From Octopus bimaculoides (Eukaryota): 64,000 bases of DNA. Below the pieces are notes generated by a model, which was given only the letters and a program-made list of their open reading frames with translations, was not told the origin of the DNA and did no database searches. Both the position numbers and the translations under genes were made by a program. Of this stretch, positions 49,451 to 63,514 are shown in pieces. The stretch covers positions 14,172,864 to 14,236,863 of the forward strand of contig NC_068993.1 of NCBI RefSeq assembly GCF_001194135.2, given 5' to 3'. Numbering within the stretch: the first letter of the stretch is position 1; every line of letters starts with the position of its first letter.

Positions 49451-50509
49451 ATCGTTTTTAACATGAGCTTCGTACGTACGATCGCTGTCCATCTACTCAT
49501 TCAAAGAACCAGTACCCTAAGATATATTTTGAGTTATCTCTCCTTCCACAGATATAACTATATAGATACTTACGTAAAACATCTTACATAAGTCATAATA
49601 TTCTTAGAATAAAACTAGTCCGTGGCAAGAGTAATTTTGACGATACGTGAACTTTATTGTTGCATAGAATGTTTCATTGATCTCAATGGAGGCCAAGCCA
49701 CTTTACACTACATTCCAATTATTATTATTTTTCTAATATTTCCTTTTATGATTGGATTTCCCTTAGTATTTCGATTAATGATCTACTCCACGATATTTTA
49801 AGCCGTAATGTAAAGTATTTTCAGGTATTTTTTTTTACAATGTATGAAGTTTTTTTCAGTATGGATTCAGTGAAATCAATAAATATTCAGTTTTTGGCAC
49901 CAATTTTGTCTATGTTTATGAATTATGAGGCATACACAATTCATTTAATGGATTGTATACAAGTGTACATTTATTTTACATAATGAATAACATTGATATC
50001 ACCTGCCATTTGTGATATAATATAAAATAATTTCATACACATATATGTATAATAGACGTACNNNNNNNNNNNNNNNNNNNNNNNNNNNNNNNNNNNNNNN
50101 NNNNNNNNNNNNNNNNNNNNNNNNNNNNNNNNNNNNNNNNNNNNNNNNNNNNNNNNNNNNNNNNNNNNNNNNNNNNNNNNNNNNNNNNNNNNNNNNNNNN
50201 NNNNNNNNNNNNNNNNNNNNNNNNNNNNNNNNNNNNNNNNNNNNNNNNNNNNNNNNNNNNNNNNNNNNNNNNNNNNNNNNNNNNNNNNNNNNNNNNNNNN
50301 NNNNNNNNNNNNNNNNNNNNNNNNNNNNNNNNNNNNNNNNNNNNNNNNNNNNNNNNNNNNNNNNNNNNNNNNNNNNNNNNNNNNNNNNNNNNNNNNNNNN
50401 NNNNNNNNNNNNNNNNNNNNNNNNNNNNNNNNNNNNNNNNNNNNNNNNNNNNNNNNNNNNNNNNNNNNNNNNNNNNNNNNNNNNNNNNNNNNNNNNNNNN
50501 NNNNNNNNN

Positions 50510-50541
<32 letters not shown>

Positions 50542-51189
50542 AGATAAATAAATAGATATATAGACCTACACACGAACACACATTCACACACACACACACA
50601 CACATACATACACACACACACACACATACACACATATATGGAGGTGTGCCAGTGGTTATGTGCAAGCTGAGTTGACTATAGTTAAATTTCTGATTATTAC
50701 ATCTGATGCGTTTGATAAAAATTCTCAAATCTGCCTGCTTATGTATTTCTATTGTCTCAAAAGGTAATAATGAACGTGCAACATGCAGACAGCCTGTGTG
50801 ATTAAGCTTAGTTTTGCAGTTCCTTGAATGTAAGTCAGACCTTCAGTCTCCAATTAAAGACATGAGCATTTCTGTTATCCACGGGATTTTGCAGTATCAC
50901 AATCCAGCTAATTCATTCACATTGTGAGCTGCGTATGTGTGTTTGTTTTCATTTCACAGTTTTCCAGTACACCTGAACATTATTTTCTTTTATGTCATCA
51001 TTTATATCACTTCACTAATCATTCAGTGCTTTATGTAAATATGTGCAATGCATTCAGACCTGCCGCTTGGTTTTTCTTGTTGGCTGTGAGTCATTCTGTT
51101 TTAGTGAAAACTCCTTTCTTTCGTTATGTCTATTTGCGTGTCATATTTCTTTGAATTAACTCCTAATACACAATATAATTACATTTTGA

Positions 51190-51190
51190 A

Positions 51191-51254
<64 letters not shown>

Positions 51255-51300
51255 GTTGTTGTTGTTGTTGTTGGTGTTGTTGCTGTTGTTATCATTATTA

Positions 51301-51359
<59 letters not shown>

Positions 51360-51400
51360 GTTATTATCATCGTCATCATGACCATGATTAAAACGATGAT
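51190..51400 (+). repeat. Compound triplet microsatellite (ATT)n-(GTT)n-(ATC/ATT)n
   Basis: Direct inspection. Confidence 0.95.
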
Positions 51401-52724
51401 GAAGATGCCAACGGCTAGAATAATAGTCAGGATTTCTTTTATGCGCCACAGTTTATGTGGAATGAGGGGAATATTTCGAGCTAAGTTTTCAATTTCTGAG
51501 GCGTAACATAGAAGTTGACACGAAGAAAGTTAGATAAAGTAGATATAAGATTTAAAAAAAGTATAAGTTGTATTCAAAATATGTGACGTCATGTTTTTTT
51601 TAGTCCTCCTGGTAGAAGAAAGTATCTAACTACTGCAAAACGTGGAAGGAAGGCCATAAATCTAGCATCACTCGGACGATCACAAGCCGAAACTCTAGTC
51701 CAACTGTTGTTTTTCAATCTACAGGTGCATGCGTAGAGTAGGCCCATCCGTGCTAGCAATTTCTTCCTCAGTCATTTCTATTTGACAAACCGACTGGAAG
51801 AAATCATTTTCCACCCGTTTTCCACTTTTCTTTCCAAGTGGAAATTTATCTAGGCGTAATGAAAAGAAAAAAAACACACCACAATAGGTGCATTGTAAGT
51901 CTGTGTTTCCAAGTATGTTTACATTTGAATAACTTACATAACAATACCTGAAAGCTGCACTGGGCAATAAACTTCACACTTGTGTTGCACTCTTAGGAGT
52001 CCCTTGGCTTCGAGCAATCTAAAATTATGATTTTTTTCTGTTTTCTTTATTATCGTGAGTTCTCTACGTAATATATTTTATGTGCTTTTATGATATATAA
52101 TTGTAACGTTGTGACGTTTGGGTTGTATATATATGTCTGCTTCTGTTTTAATATACCCCTAGGCAGTTAGCATGGCTGAGTTATGTCTTGATGTCATGTC
52201 ACCGGAGTAAATAACTTGCAGCTTTTAGTTTCAAGTACATAGAATGTTCCTCTATCCATAAAAGTTCAAAATTTAGCGCATTCAGCCAGTAGTGGGATAT
52301 CATTGAAGTCCTGCGAAGATAACTGGGTCTTATAATTTAAGAGTGCTCATTTTCTTATGCTTGCTTTGTCTTTGGAATGACTTAAAAATCATTGTATATG
52401 AAATTTGAAACTAATAATTATATATGCTGTAATTATCCACACTTCTTCCGAATATTGAAAAAAATTATCCGCGACCATGTTCTCACATTTCCTCTCCTTG
52501 AACTCGTGCGGATGTTGATAATAACCAGCGAAAATATTTGCATGAGATACATTCTCAATGACTTCCTATTCCTGTCATTGTTTTCTGCAGACGTGAAAGG
52601 AAATATGAAGTGAACCGAATTTCAGAAAGCAAAGATATGCAACAGATAAAGCAAGCCAACTCGTCCCACATCTAATATTTCACCTGTCATAGAATATTAT
52701 TTATCATTCGCAAGTTATCTAAAA

Positions 52725-52820
52725 AACAAAGTTGACCGTGGCGTGATGCGAAATCAGAGCGCAGAGAGTCTGGACAAACGCTAAGATATTCTATCCAATA
52801 CTCTAACGATTCCACCCTTC
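52725..52820 (-). mobile_element. Decayed family A SINE head
   Basis: aaagttgaccgtggcg...cagagcg...cgctaagatatt...ctctaacgattcc. Confidence 0.55.
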
Positions 52821-53735
52821 ATTATTTTCGGATAATTTTTAATTACTCACACTGCGAAAGTTCAATACTTTTACAGAAAGCATGCGACATCAAAGATAAG
52901 ACAAGAGCGGTTCAACGCCCATGAACCATCGTTGTTTAAGAAGCGGTTCAATTTTGACTAAACGCCTTAAGTTTATAATGCAGTTGATAATATTAGAAGA
53001 AATGAAAGTTGATCTATAATAAATTATACAAATACGCTCAACAATTGCCTTTCTATCAATTCTGCAGTAAATTATAGCAAAAGAAAACAACAACGAATGA
53101 GAGAAATGGTGGAGTCTTTGTGAAGCAACTATATTGAGAAAATAAAGACAAACATTTTTTGATGAATCGTTGTGACATTTAGGTGGCAATTGAATTTCAT
53201 TGCAGTGCAACTGGTAATGAATAGAAAGACTTTGAATTATGCACCAATTTAATCCTACCCGGACAATGTATTTAATGAATGTCCCAGCTTTAATGGAAAT
53301 CCGACGTCTTTTTATTTTATTTCATGATAGAAAAACATGTGAAATAAAATTATTTCATAAAGAAAATACAATCTCACCAAATATATTAACAAAAGCCTAT
53401 TTCCTGAACAAAAAAAAAGAAAAAGGAAAATCGATTATCCCATCAAGAGAAAGCACAAACACAAACTCTTACATACACACACGTCAACACATTCTTTCAC
53501 ATAGAAACAGAAAAAAAAAACAACGACCCGTATATACGTACAGACACACAAACATACATGTACACACATATAAATAAACACATACATGCATATGTAAACC
53601 TTAAATCCCAACCGTATTAACACGCACTCCGAATCATACAAACGCACATTCTTACGCAGAAAACTCACGCAGAAATTTTCTCACTAACTCACTCTCTCAC
53701 TCTGTCTCTCTCTATCTCTCATTCTCACTCACTTA

Positions 53736-53766
<31 letters not shown>

Positions 53767-54084
53767 ACACACATACACACACACATGCACTCACGCTCAG
53801 AGACTCATCAGGCAACTTTAGACCAATGTTGTGAATATTTTTTTCAGGTTACACTATACAGAGACTTCAGTCTATGGATTTTATATATGTGAATGTTGAG
53901 AGAAGACCAGGAACTCGGTACTGTTTCGATTCTTTCACACATTCATCACAGTTCATATGCATAAATCAAGAAATAGCGAAATATTTCTTCTCACTAATAC
54001 AATTATTACTATACGATAGATAGAACTCTTCCACTTCGACAAGCTAGGTTCCAGTAAGGAACCTAGGAAACATAGACGGAGCCA

Positions 54085-54200
54085 ATCACACTACGTGACA
54101 ACTTGAGCAAGTGTCTTCTAGTATAGCTTCGAACCGATCAACGCCTTGTGAGTGGATTTGGCAGACGGAAAATAAAAGAAGACCGTCGTGTACATATACA
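54085..54200 (+). mobile_element. CORE-type SINE fragment
   Basis: cactacgtgacaacttgagcaagtgtcttctagtatagc...ccttgtgagtggatttggcagacggaaa. Confidence 0.8.
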
Positions 54201-54369
54201 TATACATATGCGTGTTTGATCAGTAAGTATCAGGACTGTTCCTATAGTAATGATGCTAAGGCACGAACAATAAACGCGCCGATCTTGTATATATATGTGG
54301 AATATATACACACGTATATATATGTTTCTGTGTATGTGAGTTTGTACTTGTGTGAGCATGTATACGACG

Positions 54370-54515
54370 GGATGCTTTCGATTTTTGTCTTCCAAATCCT
54401 CTTGCGAGATATTTTTCAACCCGGAACGGTAGCAGAAAATAGCTGTTCAAGGTGCTGCACTGCGAAATTTAAGCCCAAGACCACGTGGCTAGGGAGCAAT
54501 CTTCTCAATTACTCA
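54370..54515 (-). mobile_element. Decayed CORE-type SINE 5' half, inverted
   Basis: gtcttccaaatcc...tgttcaaggtgctgcactgcgaaatttaagcccaagaccacgtggctagggagcaa resembles 40560-40680. Confidence 0.55.
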
Positions 54516-54533
54516 GTGATGAAAATAATTACA

Positions 54534-54700
54534 TCTATAATAATAAAAGTGACGTTCTATCTGTCCGTCTGGGACCCCTGTATCTCAATCTACATTTGCT
54601 CTACATAGACATGTTATACCTTTTTGGAATCAGAGAGATTTCGGGATTCAAAATCTGCCATTCTTTTGCTTCTTCAGGATCCAGGGGAGTGCGACTTTTA
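54534..54700 (+). mobile_element. Possible 5' end of a non-autonomous Helitron-like element
   Basis: A|TCtataataataaaa followed by ctgtccgtctg...gtatctc, a typical Helitron-N start pattern; no 3' hairpin-CTRR end found. Confidence 0.3.
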
Positions 54701-55572
54701 AGGTAGTACTTTATGAAATTCAACAAGATGATAGAAAATGGATCTTGGAATCTTAAACTCGAATCTCATCACAATGAGAAAACTAATAAAGAAAATACAA
54801 ATATGAAGGAATTAACTTGTAGCTAATGGTAAAAGCAATATAAATTCTTAACCATCGAAATTTGACTGAGAGAGACAAAACGATACGTAAGTTCTGAAGC
54901 ACGATTCTAACTGTAAAAAGCATAAAAAAAATTTTAATGACAGGTACCTCAAAAGAAAGCCAATCAGTCTATAATAAATAACACAACCACCAAATATACT
55001 GTAATTAATTCTTGATAATGAGACTGTTAATGTGTAGAAAGGTCGGGCACAGATTTAGGAATTTTAGTGTAACGTACAAGCTGTGAAAACCTATTAAGAA
55101 AATTCGGGAAATACGTTTAAATTACAAAAGATAAAGCTTCAATATTTTCGTGTTTTCAATANNNNNNNNNNNNNNNNNNNNNNNNNNNNNNNNNNNNNNN
55201 NNNNNNNNNNNNNNNNNNNNNNNNNNNNNNNNNNNNNNNNNNNNNNNNNNNNNNNNNNNNNNNNNNNNNNNNNNNNNNNNNNNNNNNNNNNNNNNNNNNN
55301 NNNNNNNNNNNNNNNNNNNNNNNNNNNNNNNNNNNNNNNNNNNNNNNNNNNNNNNNNNNNNNNNNNNNNNNNNNNNNNNNNNNNNNNNNNNNNNNNNNNN
55401 NNNNNNNNNNNNNNNNNNNNNNNNNNNNNNNNNNNNNNNNNNNNNNNNNNNNNNNNNNNNNNNNNNNNNNNNNNNNNNNNNNNNNNNNNNNNNNNNNNNN
55501 NNNNNNNNNNNNNNNNNNNNNNNNNNNNNNNNNNNNNNNNNNNNNNNNNNNNNNNNNNNNNNNNNNNNNNNN

Positions 55573-55620
<48 letters not shown>

Positions 55621-56649
55621 CTTGAAAAAATTGAAAAGTAAAGACGAAAGAAATAGATTATGTCAATATGTCATGAGATTATGAGCAAATACATCGTCAA
55701 AATTTATTAGTTAAAGAATTACACCAAAGTCTTGATTATAATAGACTGTACTTAATCTAGATTTCACTTTGATCTCGTTGCTGTTGTTCGAATATTAATC
55801 TAGAAATAAATAACAGGTGCGGGGACTTTATATTTAATTGGGTTCGAATTCAATAACCTTGCCCTCGACTGCACTTAGCTATCGTGCTGTTCCTAATTAC
55901 ACATTTACACATGTTTATTCACACAACAATAGCACCCATAATTGAATGTACATAAGATTTTATTGAACCATATAAAGATATATATATACTCTAACAAACA
56001 CTGCAGTTCCACATGCATATTTTGATAAATATGAAAACAAGCGCACAACGTACATCAAACACACAAAATATATATCTATCTATCTATCTATCTATCTACC
56101 TATCTATTCATCTGTCATTCTGTATATATACATGATTGAAAGATAGATAGAGAGATAGAGCGATAGATAAATAGATACATAGATATACATATTTATGTAT
56201 ACGCATGGTATATATATATATGTGTATATATANNNNNNNNNNNNNNNNNNNNNNNNNNNNNNNNNNNNNNNNNNNNNNNNNNNNNNNNNNNNNNNNNNNN
56301 NNNNNNNNNNNNNNNNNNNNNNNNNNNNNNNNNNNNNNNNNNNNNNNNNNNNNNNNNNNNNNNNNNNNNNNNNNNNNNNNNNNNNNNNNNNNNNNNNNNN
56401 NNNNNNNNNNNNNNNNNNNNNNNNNNNNNNNNNNNNNNNNNNNNNNNNNNNNNNNNNNNNNNNNNNNNNNNNNNNNNNNNNNGTGTGTTTGTGTCTATGC
56501 ATGTTTATGTTGAATCCTGTAATTTATAACAATATACATTATTCGATGCAATCATATGTATTTCCGCAGTCATTTCACAATAAATGTCTTTGTGTAGTTG
56601 TATGTGCGTCTGCGCGTGCTTCAGAAACATCAAGCATTGAAAACAAACT

Positions 56650-56934
56650 GTAAGAACACAGAAGAAAAAAAAATTCAATTCCCTCAAAAATCCATCATCA
56701 AACAGTGTTTTTGTAGGATTGCAGGAAGAACATCTTCGTGTAATTAAAAACATCAAATTCAAGAAGTACCCAAAGAAACACATTAAACACCAAAGAAAAC
56801 TAAATGAACCACTGAGGACCTTCAGAAACGCAGCCGGAATATTGGTACCAGTGGACAAAACAGGTAACCTCTATAATTTTGATATTAACGCATACACTGA
56901 ACTTATAATTAAACAATTACATACCAAGACATAA
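56650..56934 (+). mobile_element. Penelope-like element N-terminal ORF fragment
   Basis: FNSLKNP...LQEEHLRVIKNIKFKK...QRKLNEPLRTFRN..ILVPVDKTGNLY.FDINAYTELI, cf. PLE L..IKNIKF...KL..D...I.....LVPADKT.NLY. Confidence 0.7.
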
Positions 56935-57873
56935 ATATACGCGCAAATACACATATACACATGTATATATATACATTTAAGTGCGCAACCATGTTCGCAT
57001 GCCAAAATCTCTTGGTGTATACATATAGAAGTTATAACAGAGAAGCTAGAGGAGAAGTATATTCTAAGCGTAGGGAGGTTGAAAGAAAAAAAAAAGGAAG
57101 GAAACGTAACGGTTAGCGCGCGAAAGAAGTAAGTGAGTGGGAGGAAAAAAAGAACGCATTGTTAAATGACGCTATAGAAGTAACGAATAGGGAGAGAAAG
57201 GATACTTTTCGTAAGGAAAGAAAAATGAAAGAAAGATAGGTGGCGGAATATGTGTAACAAACGTGCACAAAATAAAATTGCGTATATATATATGTATACA
57301 AAAGTGTATATTATTATGAATACACATATAAGATCACATATATAAATATAAGGAAATATGCACGTAAATACACATCCACACAAATATAAGTGTATACATG
57401 CATATATATATACATCCATGTATGTATATGCATAAGTATAAACATTCACGCTTACTTACATATATACACAGACGCTAACATACAAATACACATCTATGCC
57501 AGCAATACAGACATCCACATAAAAACATATCTAGGTCCTGACGTATATATATAAACACCTTTTTTTTTTAAATTGCTCAGTCTATAATAATAAAATTCGG
57601 ATAAAAAGACATGCAAAATAGAACGCTCTATATCGAATTATCTATAAACTAAACGATTAAATGTGTTTAAAAATACAATAAACTGAAATAAAATAGAATA
57701 AAAATAGAATCTTAAACATGAAAATAATATATGAATATAACAGTTAAAGGTTTTCTTAAGAAATATGTCGAAATATATACAATATCTTTTCGATGCGAAA
57801 TAAATCATGTATTATAAGATACAAATCCAACAGCGTTATTAAAAACTAGTTCAAAAATCAAAACATATATATA

Positions 57874-58885
57874 CTATCCATATGGTATATTGTTAGCCGA
57901 TATTTTAAATTTTGTTTCGTGTCTGCCGGAATTCCAGAGTTCGCGTCTTTGATTCAAAACGCTATTGCCCTGGGATAAAATATAATTTTTTTCCTACAGA
58001 CATAAATCACATTTGATTGGCCTTTTATGCGCACCGTGTTTGTAAGTTGAAGCTCTATCTAAAATTCTCCATGTCACATTGATTGGTCGGGTTTCATTTT
58101 CTTTTATTTCCCAGACATATTTTGCCAGGGTGGTCTTTGTCCTATGTTCGGGGTATCGGAAGGAATTTCTATGAGAATAAAATCGGGTTTTGAAAGAATT
58201 TCCAGAAGCCCCTGTGTAAGTTCTATATTCGTGTCAGCCTTCTATCTGTAAATTTGACTCTATACACGATTCCTTTCTCCAGACATTTTCCTTCCAACGG
58301 ACAGGAGGTCCCATCTTTGAAATTGTAATTTTCAGAAAAACAATCGGTACTATGTTTATTTGCAATTACCTTATTGTTGTGTTGTTTAATACAAGAGACG
58401 AAGTTTTTACAGCAAGAATAGCTGATCTTAAGCGTACTTGTATTAAACATTCTATAAAACTCATGGTCAGGTTGAAAATGTCTAGAGACTAATTTTAAGA
58501 ATTCCCTACCTATATTTGTTTTTACGGCCATATTGAAAGCTGGGTTAAACCACAAAACCTTCCTAGTCCTAGTTCTACGTGTAGCATTACTTCTAGAATT
58601 AAGTTAGTTATACTGAATCTTCTCAGAAAATCCACTATTCCTTAATGCGCTATTGTAATAAGGTGCGGTATTTTGGAAAGCTGCCTCATCCAAAGATACT
58701 GATGATATTCGTCTACCTACATTACTAAGTTTCTAAGAATAACTGGCGGACGATTGGATTCTTTGCTAATATAAGATAGCTTATCATTAGGCTTACGGTA
58801 ATGTTTGAATTTATCCGACTGTAAATCTGAATTTACATCTAAGAAATCTACACTTTTAAGGTTAGTACCTATTGTAATCCGTAAG
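57874..58885 (-). mobile_element. Penelope-like element, 5'-truncated: RT C-terminus, Cys linker and C-terminal GIY-YIG endonuclease
   Basis: LRITIGTNLKSVDFLDV...YRKPNDKLSYISKESN.PP.IL.NL / RRISS...APYYNSALRNSGF / WFNPAFNMAVKTNIGREFLKLVSRHF...KISYSC / CPLEGKCLEKGIVY / SFKTRFYSH.NSFR / TTLAKYVWEIKEN...KCDLCL*EK...LNQRREL...RHETKF; several frameshifts and stops. Confidence 0.92.
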
Positions 58886-59569
58886 AATTGCATGTACGAA
58901 TGCAATAGATATACATACATGCATGCACATAGACAACAATTAAGCAAGTACACGTTGTGTTATCCTACGAGCGCATGCTTATCCATAGCATATACATGTG
59001 AACATCGTGAACATGTATATACGTTCGTTAACGAATTCAGATAATAAACTTCAAGCGATCGCTTGACTTAAGCGAAGGAGTTTTCTTACCTTGATAATGA
59101 TTTTTGATATATACCATATATGCAAAGGGAGCACCTTAATTTTCAACACATCATACATGAATACATACATAGAAACATATATATATACACACACATACAT
59201 AAATACACACATACATTCCTCCATACATACATACATACATACATACATACATACATACATACATACATACATAAATACATACATACATACATACACATAC
59301 AAACATGTGTGTATTGTTTAGGCTAACGTAATTTAATGGCTAGAAATAAGAGAATAATATATATCTAAAAAATATCTTTATAGTTAACCCGTTCTCCTTC
59401 AGTAGATGAAGACAATGTGTGATGAACCTTGATGTAAATTATATCTCAATAAGGAAGTTATTCTCGTTACGCATACATTTCTGATTTCATTCTGATTTCC
59501 TGTGCATTTCGTGTCTTACTAGATTAAATACAAATAATGTAATAGACGAAGTTTAATGCTGTATAATCT

Positions 59570-59700
59570 CTACCAGTCAAGTAATCGACTTGTATCCCTC
59601 TACTCGAAATCGCTTGCTTTGATCACTGCGATGGACTTGCGTCGCGTCCAGAGGGAAATATGGTAGTGCTGGTCATACTTTGGTCACCGGGTAACGGTGT
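59570..59700 (+). mobile_element. SINE remnant with family C-like 3' module
   Basis: ctgcgatggacttgcgtcgcgtccag matches the module in 16691-16975. Confidence 0.5.
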
Positions 59701-62189
59701 TATGAGACGAAGTCCTCCAGAAAAAATATTGTGCGTCGTGTGAGATGCAATAGAGTTTATGGTCGATTAAAGTAGTTACAATCGTGTGGCTTAGAAGCTT
59801 GTATTTTTTACCACACAGTGCGTTATTGTGTTTTTAGACCAGTGTTAAAGTCATGCATAAATTTATGTTGCTGAGTGGCAGCGATTGATAACTAAAGAAC
59901 TAGACTAGAATAAGTAATGGGGTGATGATATTGTGTATCTCTAAAATGCAGTATCCATTAAATAATATAATTAAGGGGATGAAATATTGGTTTTAAGTGT
60001 TAAAGTATTTCTAGCTTTGAGAAGATGCCTTTCCTTCTTCCTTCACAGAATGGCATTGAATAAATACAACCTTTAAAATGTCTTCTCTGAATTCTTCCCT
60101 CACAATATAAATCATATAATACAGCCGAAATCACATAATACATATAAGGTTTCGTTTTCAATTTCACATATGGTTTCTGTAAAAACAATTAATACCCATG
60201 TGTAGAAGCTTCACTCTTTCTTACTGGTGTAATTTTAATTGACATTATTTTCTCTCGAGATTAATTTCTTAAGCCCCTTCTTAAATTAAACATTGATAAT
60301 ATTTTCGGTATAATCTCAAAGATAAATCACAAAATATCAAGATATAATGATCATTGGGAGGAAAAACGTGTTGGAAAGTTGAAGAAATAGATGAAGCCTC
60401 GTTTCCAATCGATGATCCGTACTAAAGTGGATTAAACTTCAAATACGTATCATGCTTTGTTTTTATGCTTCAACACTTCAGTTTTTGTCTTTATGATTCA
60501 TGTCATATCGTTAATTTGCAATTGTTACATTCTCGGCATTTTATATAATCATCACAAGGTGATAAATTGCTCAGAATATTGAGACAACTACAGCAATCTC
60601 TCGACTATCGTGGATGTTGTATTCCAAAACCTCCTGCGATAGGTGAAATAGTACTGTACTGTATATATATTTTGATTATTTTTATAATTTGTATATATTT
60701 TTATATTATTACAAATGCAAAACAGTTTCATACTCTTGCCTCCCGTGTTCCGTTTTCCATACAGTATGTGCGATTGTTTGTTTACTCAACTATGGTACAC
60801 TACATATTTTCTTTTAATATCTTTTAATTAACGTGTCATACATTACAGTACTGCACTCTATTTCTATTTATTAGTTTATTAATTTGTATGCGTCAAAATG
60901 CTTACTTTACCACAGAAATAAGTAAAATTTAAAAAGATAGAAGCACGTATCGGCCGCAGAAATCCGATATATACTACAGAGCCCGTGATGTAAATTTTCA
61001 TATATTAGCCAGAAAAATACGTGATGTTTTGAGTGCGCATTATATGAAACGCGATATGGTGAGGGATTATTGTAATAACTGTATATCCCGAAAGAAATAC
61101 TTATTGAGCTATAGGTAAAATCAATTCAGAAAGAAACATTTGTCAGAATAAAGGAATATTCTTTTAATGATGCAATCATCCAAATCAAATTTATGATCAG
61201 GTACATTCTGTTCGTGATTATATCAGATTCTTGAAGTCGGTAGACTAAAGTCTTCAATGTATATATGTTCTGGGTTTTAATTTCCGATTCTCGCATCCCT
61301 TATTGTAAGACTCATTTTACAGTTTTAATACTTCTGTCATATTTTATATTTTTAATAGTTCTGGCCACCATTCACCATATAATTTGAGACGATATTACTG
61401 CAAAATTTTTACAAGGAAATAGGTTTTTCTTTTTTCCCTCGCTGAGCATCTGACGACGGACTGCTGTCTAAAACGTTCAGCAGAATTGCCATCCCAAACA
61501 CGCAAATACAATCACCTATATATATGTATGTGTATATACAAATATATGAATATGTTACCATACATAGATATATATGCATNNNNNNNNNNNNNNNNNNNNN
61601 NNNNNNNNNNNNNNNNNNNNNNNNNNNNNNNNNNNNNNNNNNNNNNNNNNNNNNNNNNNNNNNNNNNNNNNNNNNNNNNNNNNNNNNNNNNNNNNNNNNN
61701 NNNNNNNNNNNNNNNNNNNNNNNNNNNNNNNNNNNNNNNNNNNNNNNNNNNNNNNNNNNNNNNNNNNNNNNNNNNNNNNNNNNNNNNNNNNNNNNNNNNN
61801 NNNNNNNNNNNNNNNNNNNNNNNNNNNNNNNNNNNNNNNNNNNNNNNNNNNNNNNNNNNNNNNNNNNNNNNNNNNNNNNNNNNNNNNNNNNNNNNNNNNN
61901 NNNNNNNNNNNNNNNNNNNNNNNNNNNNNNNNNNNNNNNNNNNNNNNNNNNNNNNNNNNNNNNNNNNNNNNNNNNNNNNNNNNNNNNNNNNNNNNNNNNN
62001 NNNNNNNNNNNNNNNNNNNNNNNNNNNNNNNNNNNNNNNNNNNNNNNNNNNNNNNNNNNNNNNNNNNNNNNNNNNNNNNNNNNNNNNNNNNNNNNNNNNN
62101 NNNNNNNNNNNNNNNNNNNNNNNNNNNNNNNNNNNNNNNNNNNNNNNNNNNNNNNNNNNNNNNNNNNNNNNNNNNNNNNNNNNNGAGAG

Positions 62190-62225
<36 letters not shown>

Positions 62226-62676
62226 TGATAGATAGATAGATAGATAGATCGATAGATAGATAGATAGATAGATAGATATATGTTTCTATGAATGTGTAGA
62301 AAATTGATATAGACAGCAATGTGCAATGCATTACCAAAACTATAATCCCTGTCAGTATATATATATATATATAAAATTACGTGCTTGGACTACAGCATAA
62401 GAGCATTTTAGGTCTCATTTCTAGCAATCTAGGTGTTTCTAACACCCTAGTCACACACATATGCGTGTGTGTGCATGTGTGTGTCTGTGTGTGCCTGTGT
62501 TTGCGTGTGTGCACACATTATATACGTTTGTGTATTTCTGTATGTTTGTATGGATAGTAAATTCTGTCCATAATTAACATACATATATGTCGCCGACATG
62601 TTACCGAGAGAAAGTATGTACGCGTATTCTACTTTAACAAGTAGCATTAGATATATATGAAACAGCTGACAATCAG

Positions 62677-62732
<56 letters not shown>

Positions 62733-63245
62733 ACACACACACACACGCACACACACATGCATATGTGTAGAGATGGATAGATAGATACATACGTATATGT
62801 GTATGCAATATATGCATGTATATAAGTGTGTGCGTGTGTGTGTGTTCGCGACTGAAATCTTGTCTTGACGTATTTATGTAGAACTAAATTTCTATTGGAC
62901 AAAATTGGAAAATAGGTTAAAACAAAAGAATCGTTACAATAACAAACAGCAATAAAATATAATGAATGAACACTGATAGACGCTACACACACACGCACAT
63001 ACTCATACACATGCTCACACGCACTCACACACATTCACACTCACACATATGCACACATACTCACACATACGCACAGAAAAACTGTTTAAAGAAATAAACG
63101 TGTTGCATGAAATATTTATTTCCTTTCGTTATTTATATATATATTTTTTTATTCTTCACTTTCATTCTATAACTCACTTTCTCTTTCACTTCGCTCTCTC
63201 CCTCATCTCTGTCTCTCACTGTCTCTCTCTCCCTCTCTCCCCCAT

Positions 63246-63345
<100 letters not shown>

Positions 63346-63514
63346 TTTATATTAATTCATTTTAAACGTGAATTCTTGGAAATAATCTTCCGACTTAATC
63401 TTTAAAGAAATTAAAGATTTCATATCTGACAAAAGGAATTACATTGTCCACAAATTTAGGTACATTTTATTGATATGTTATTAATTATCTTTAGTTGTTT
63501 TTTTTTTTACTTTT

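Noticed and set aside
51665-51705. Hammerhead-like cggacga-N9-gaaa-ctctag-tc
   Set aside because: Core mismatch, no pairing in stem I or II, no second copy or PLE context
60350-60420. VEEIDEASF, resembling Merlin/IS1595 VEIDES.F
   Set aside because: One short motif; downstream Merlin motifs absent
2167-62337. Long ORFs of 150-340 aa in the ORF track
   Set aside because: They span N-gaps (X runs) and TA/CA microsatellites; they are artefacts
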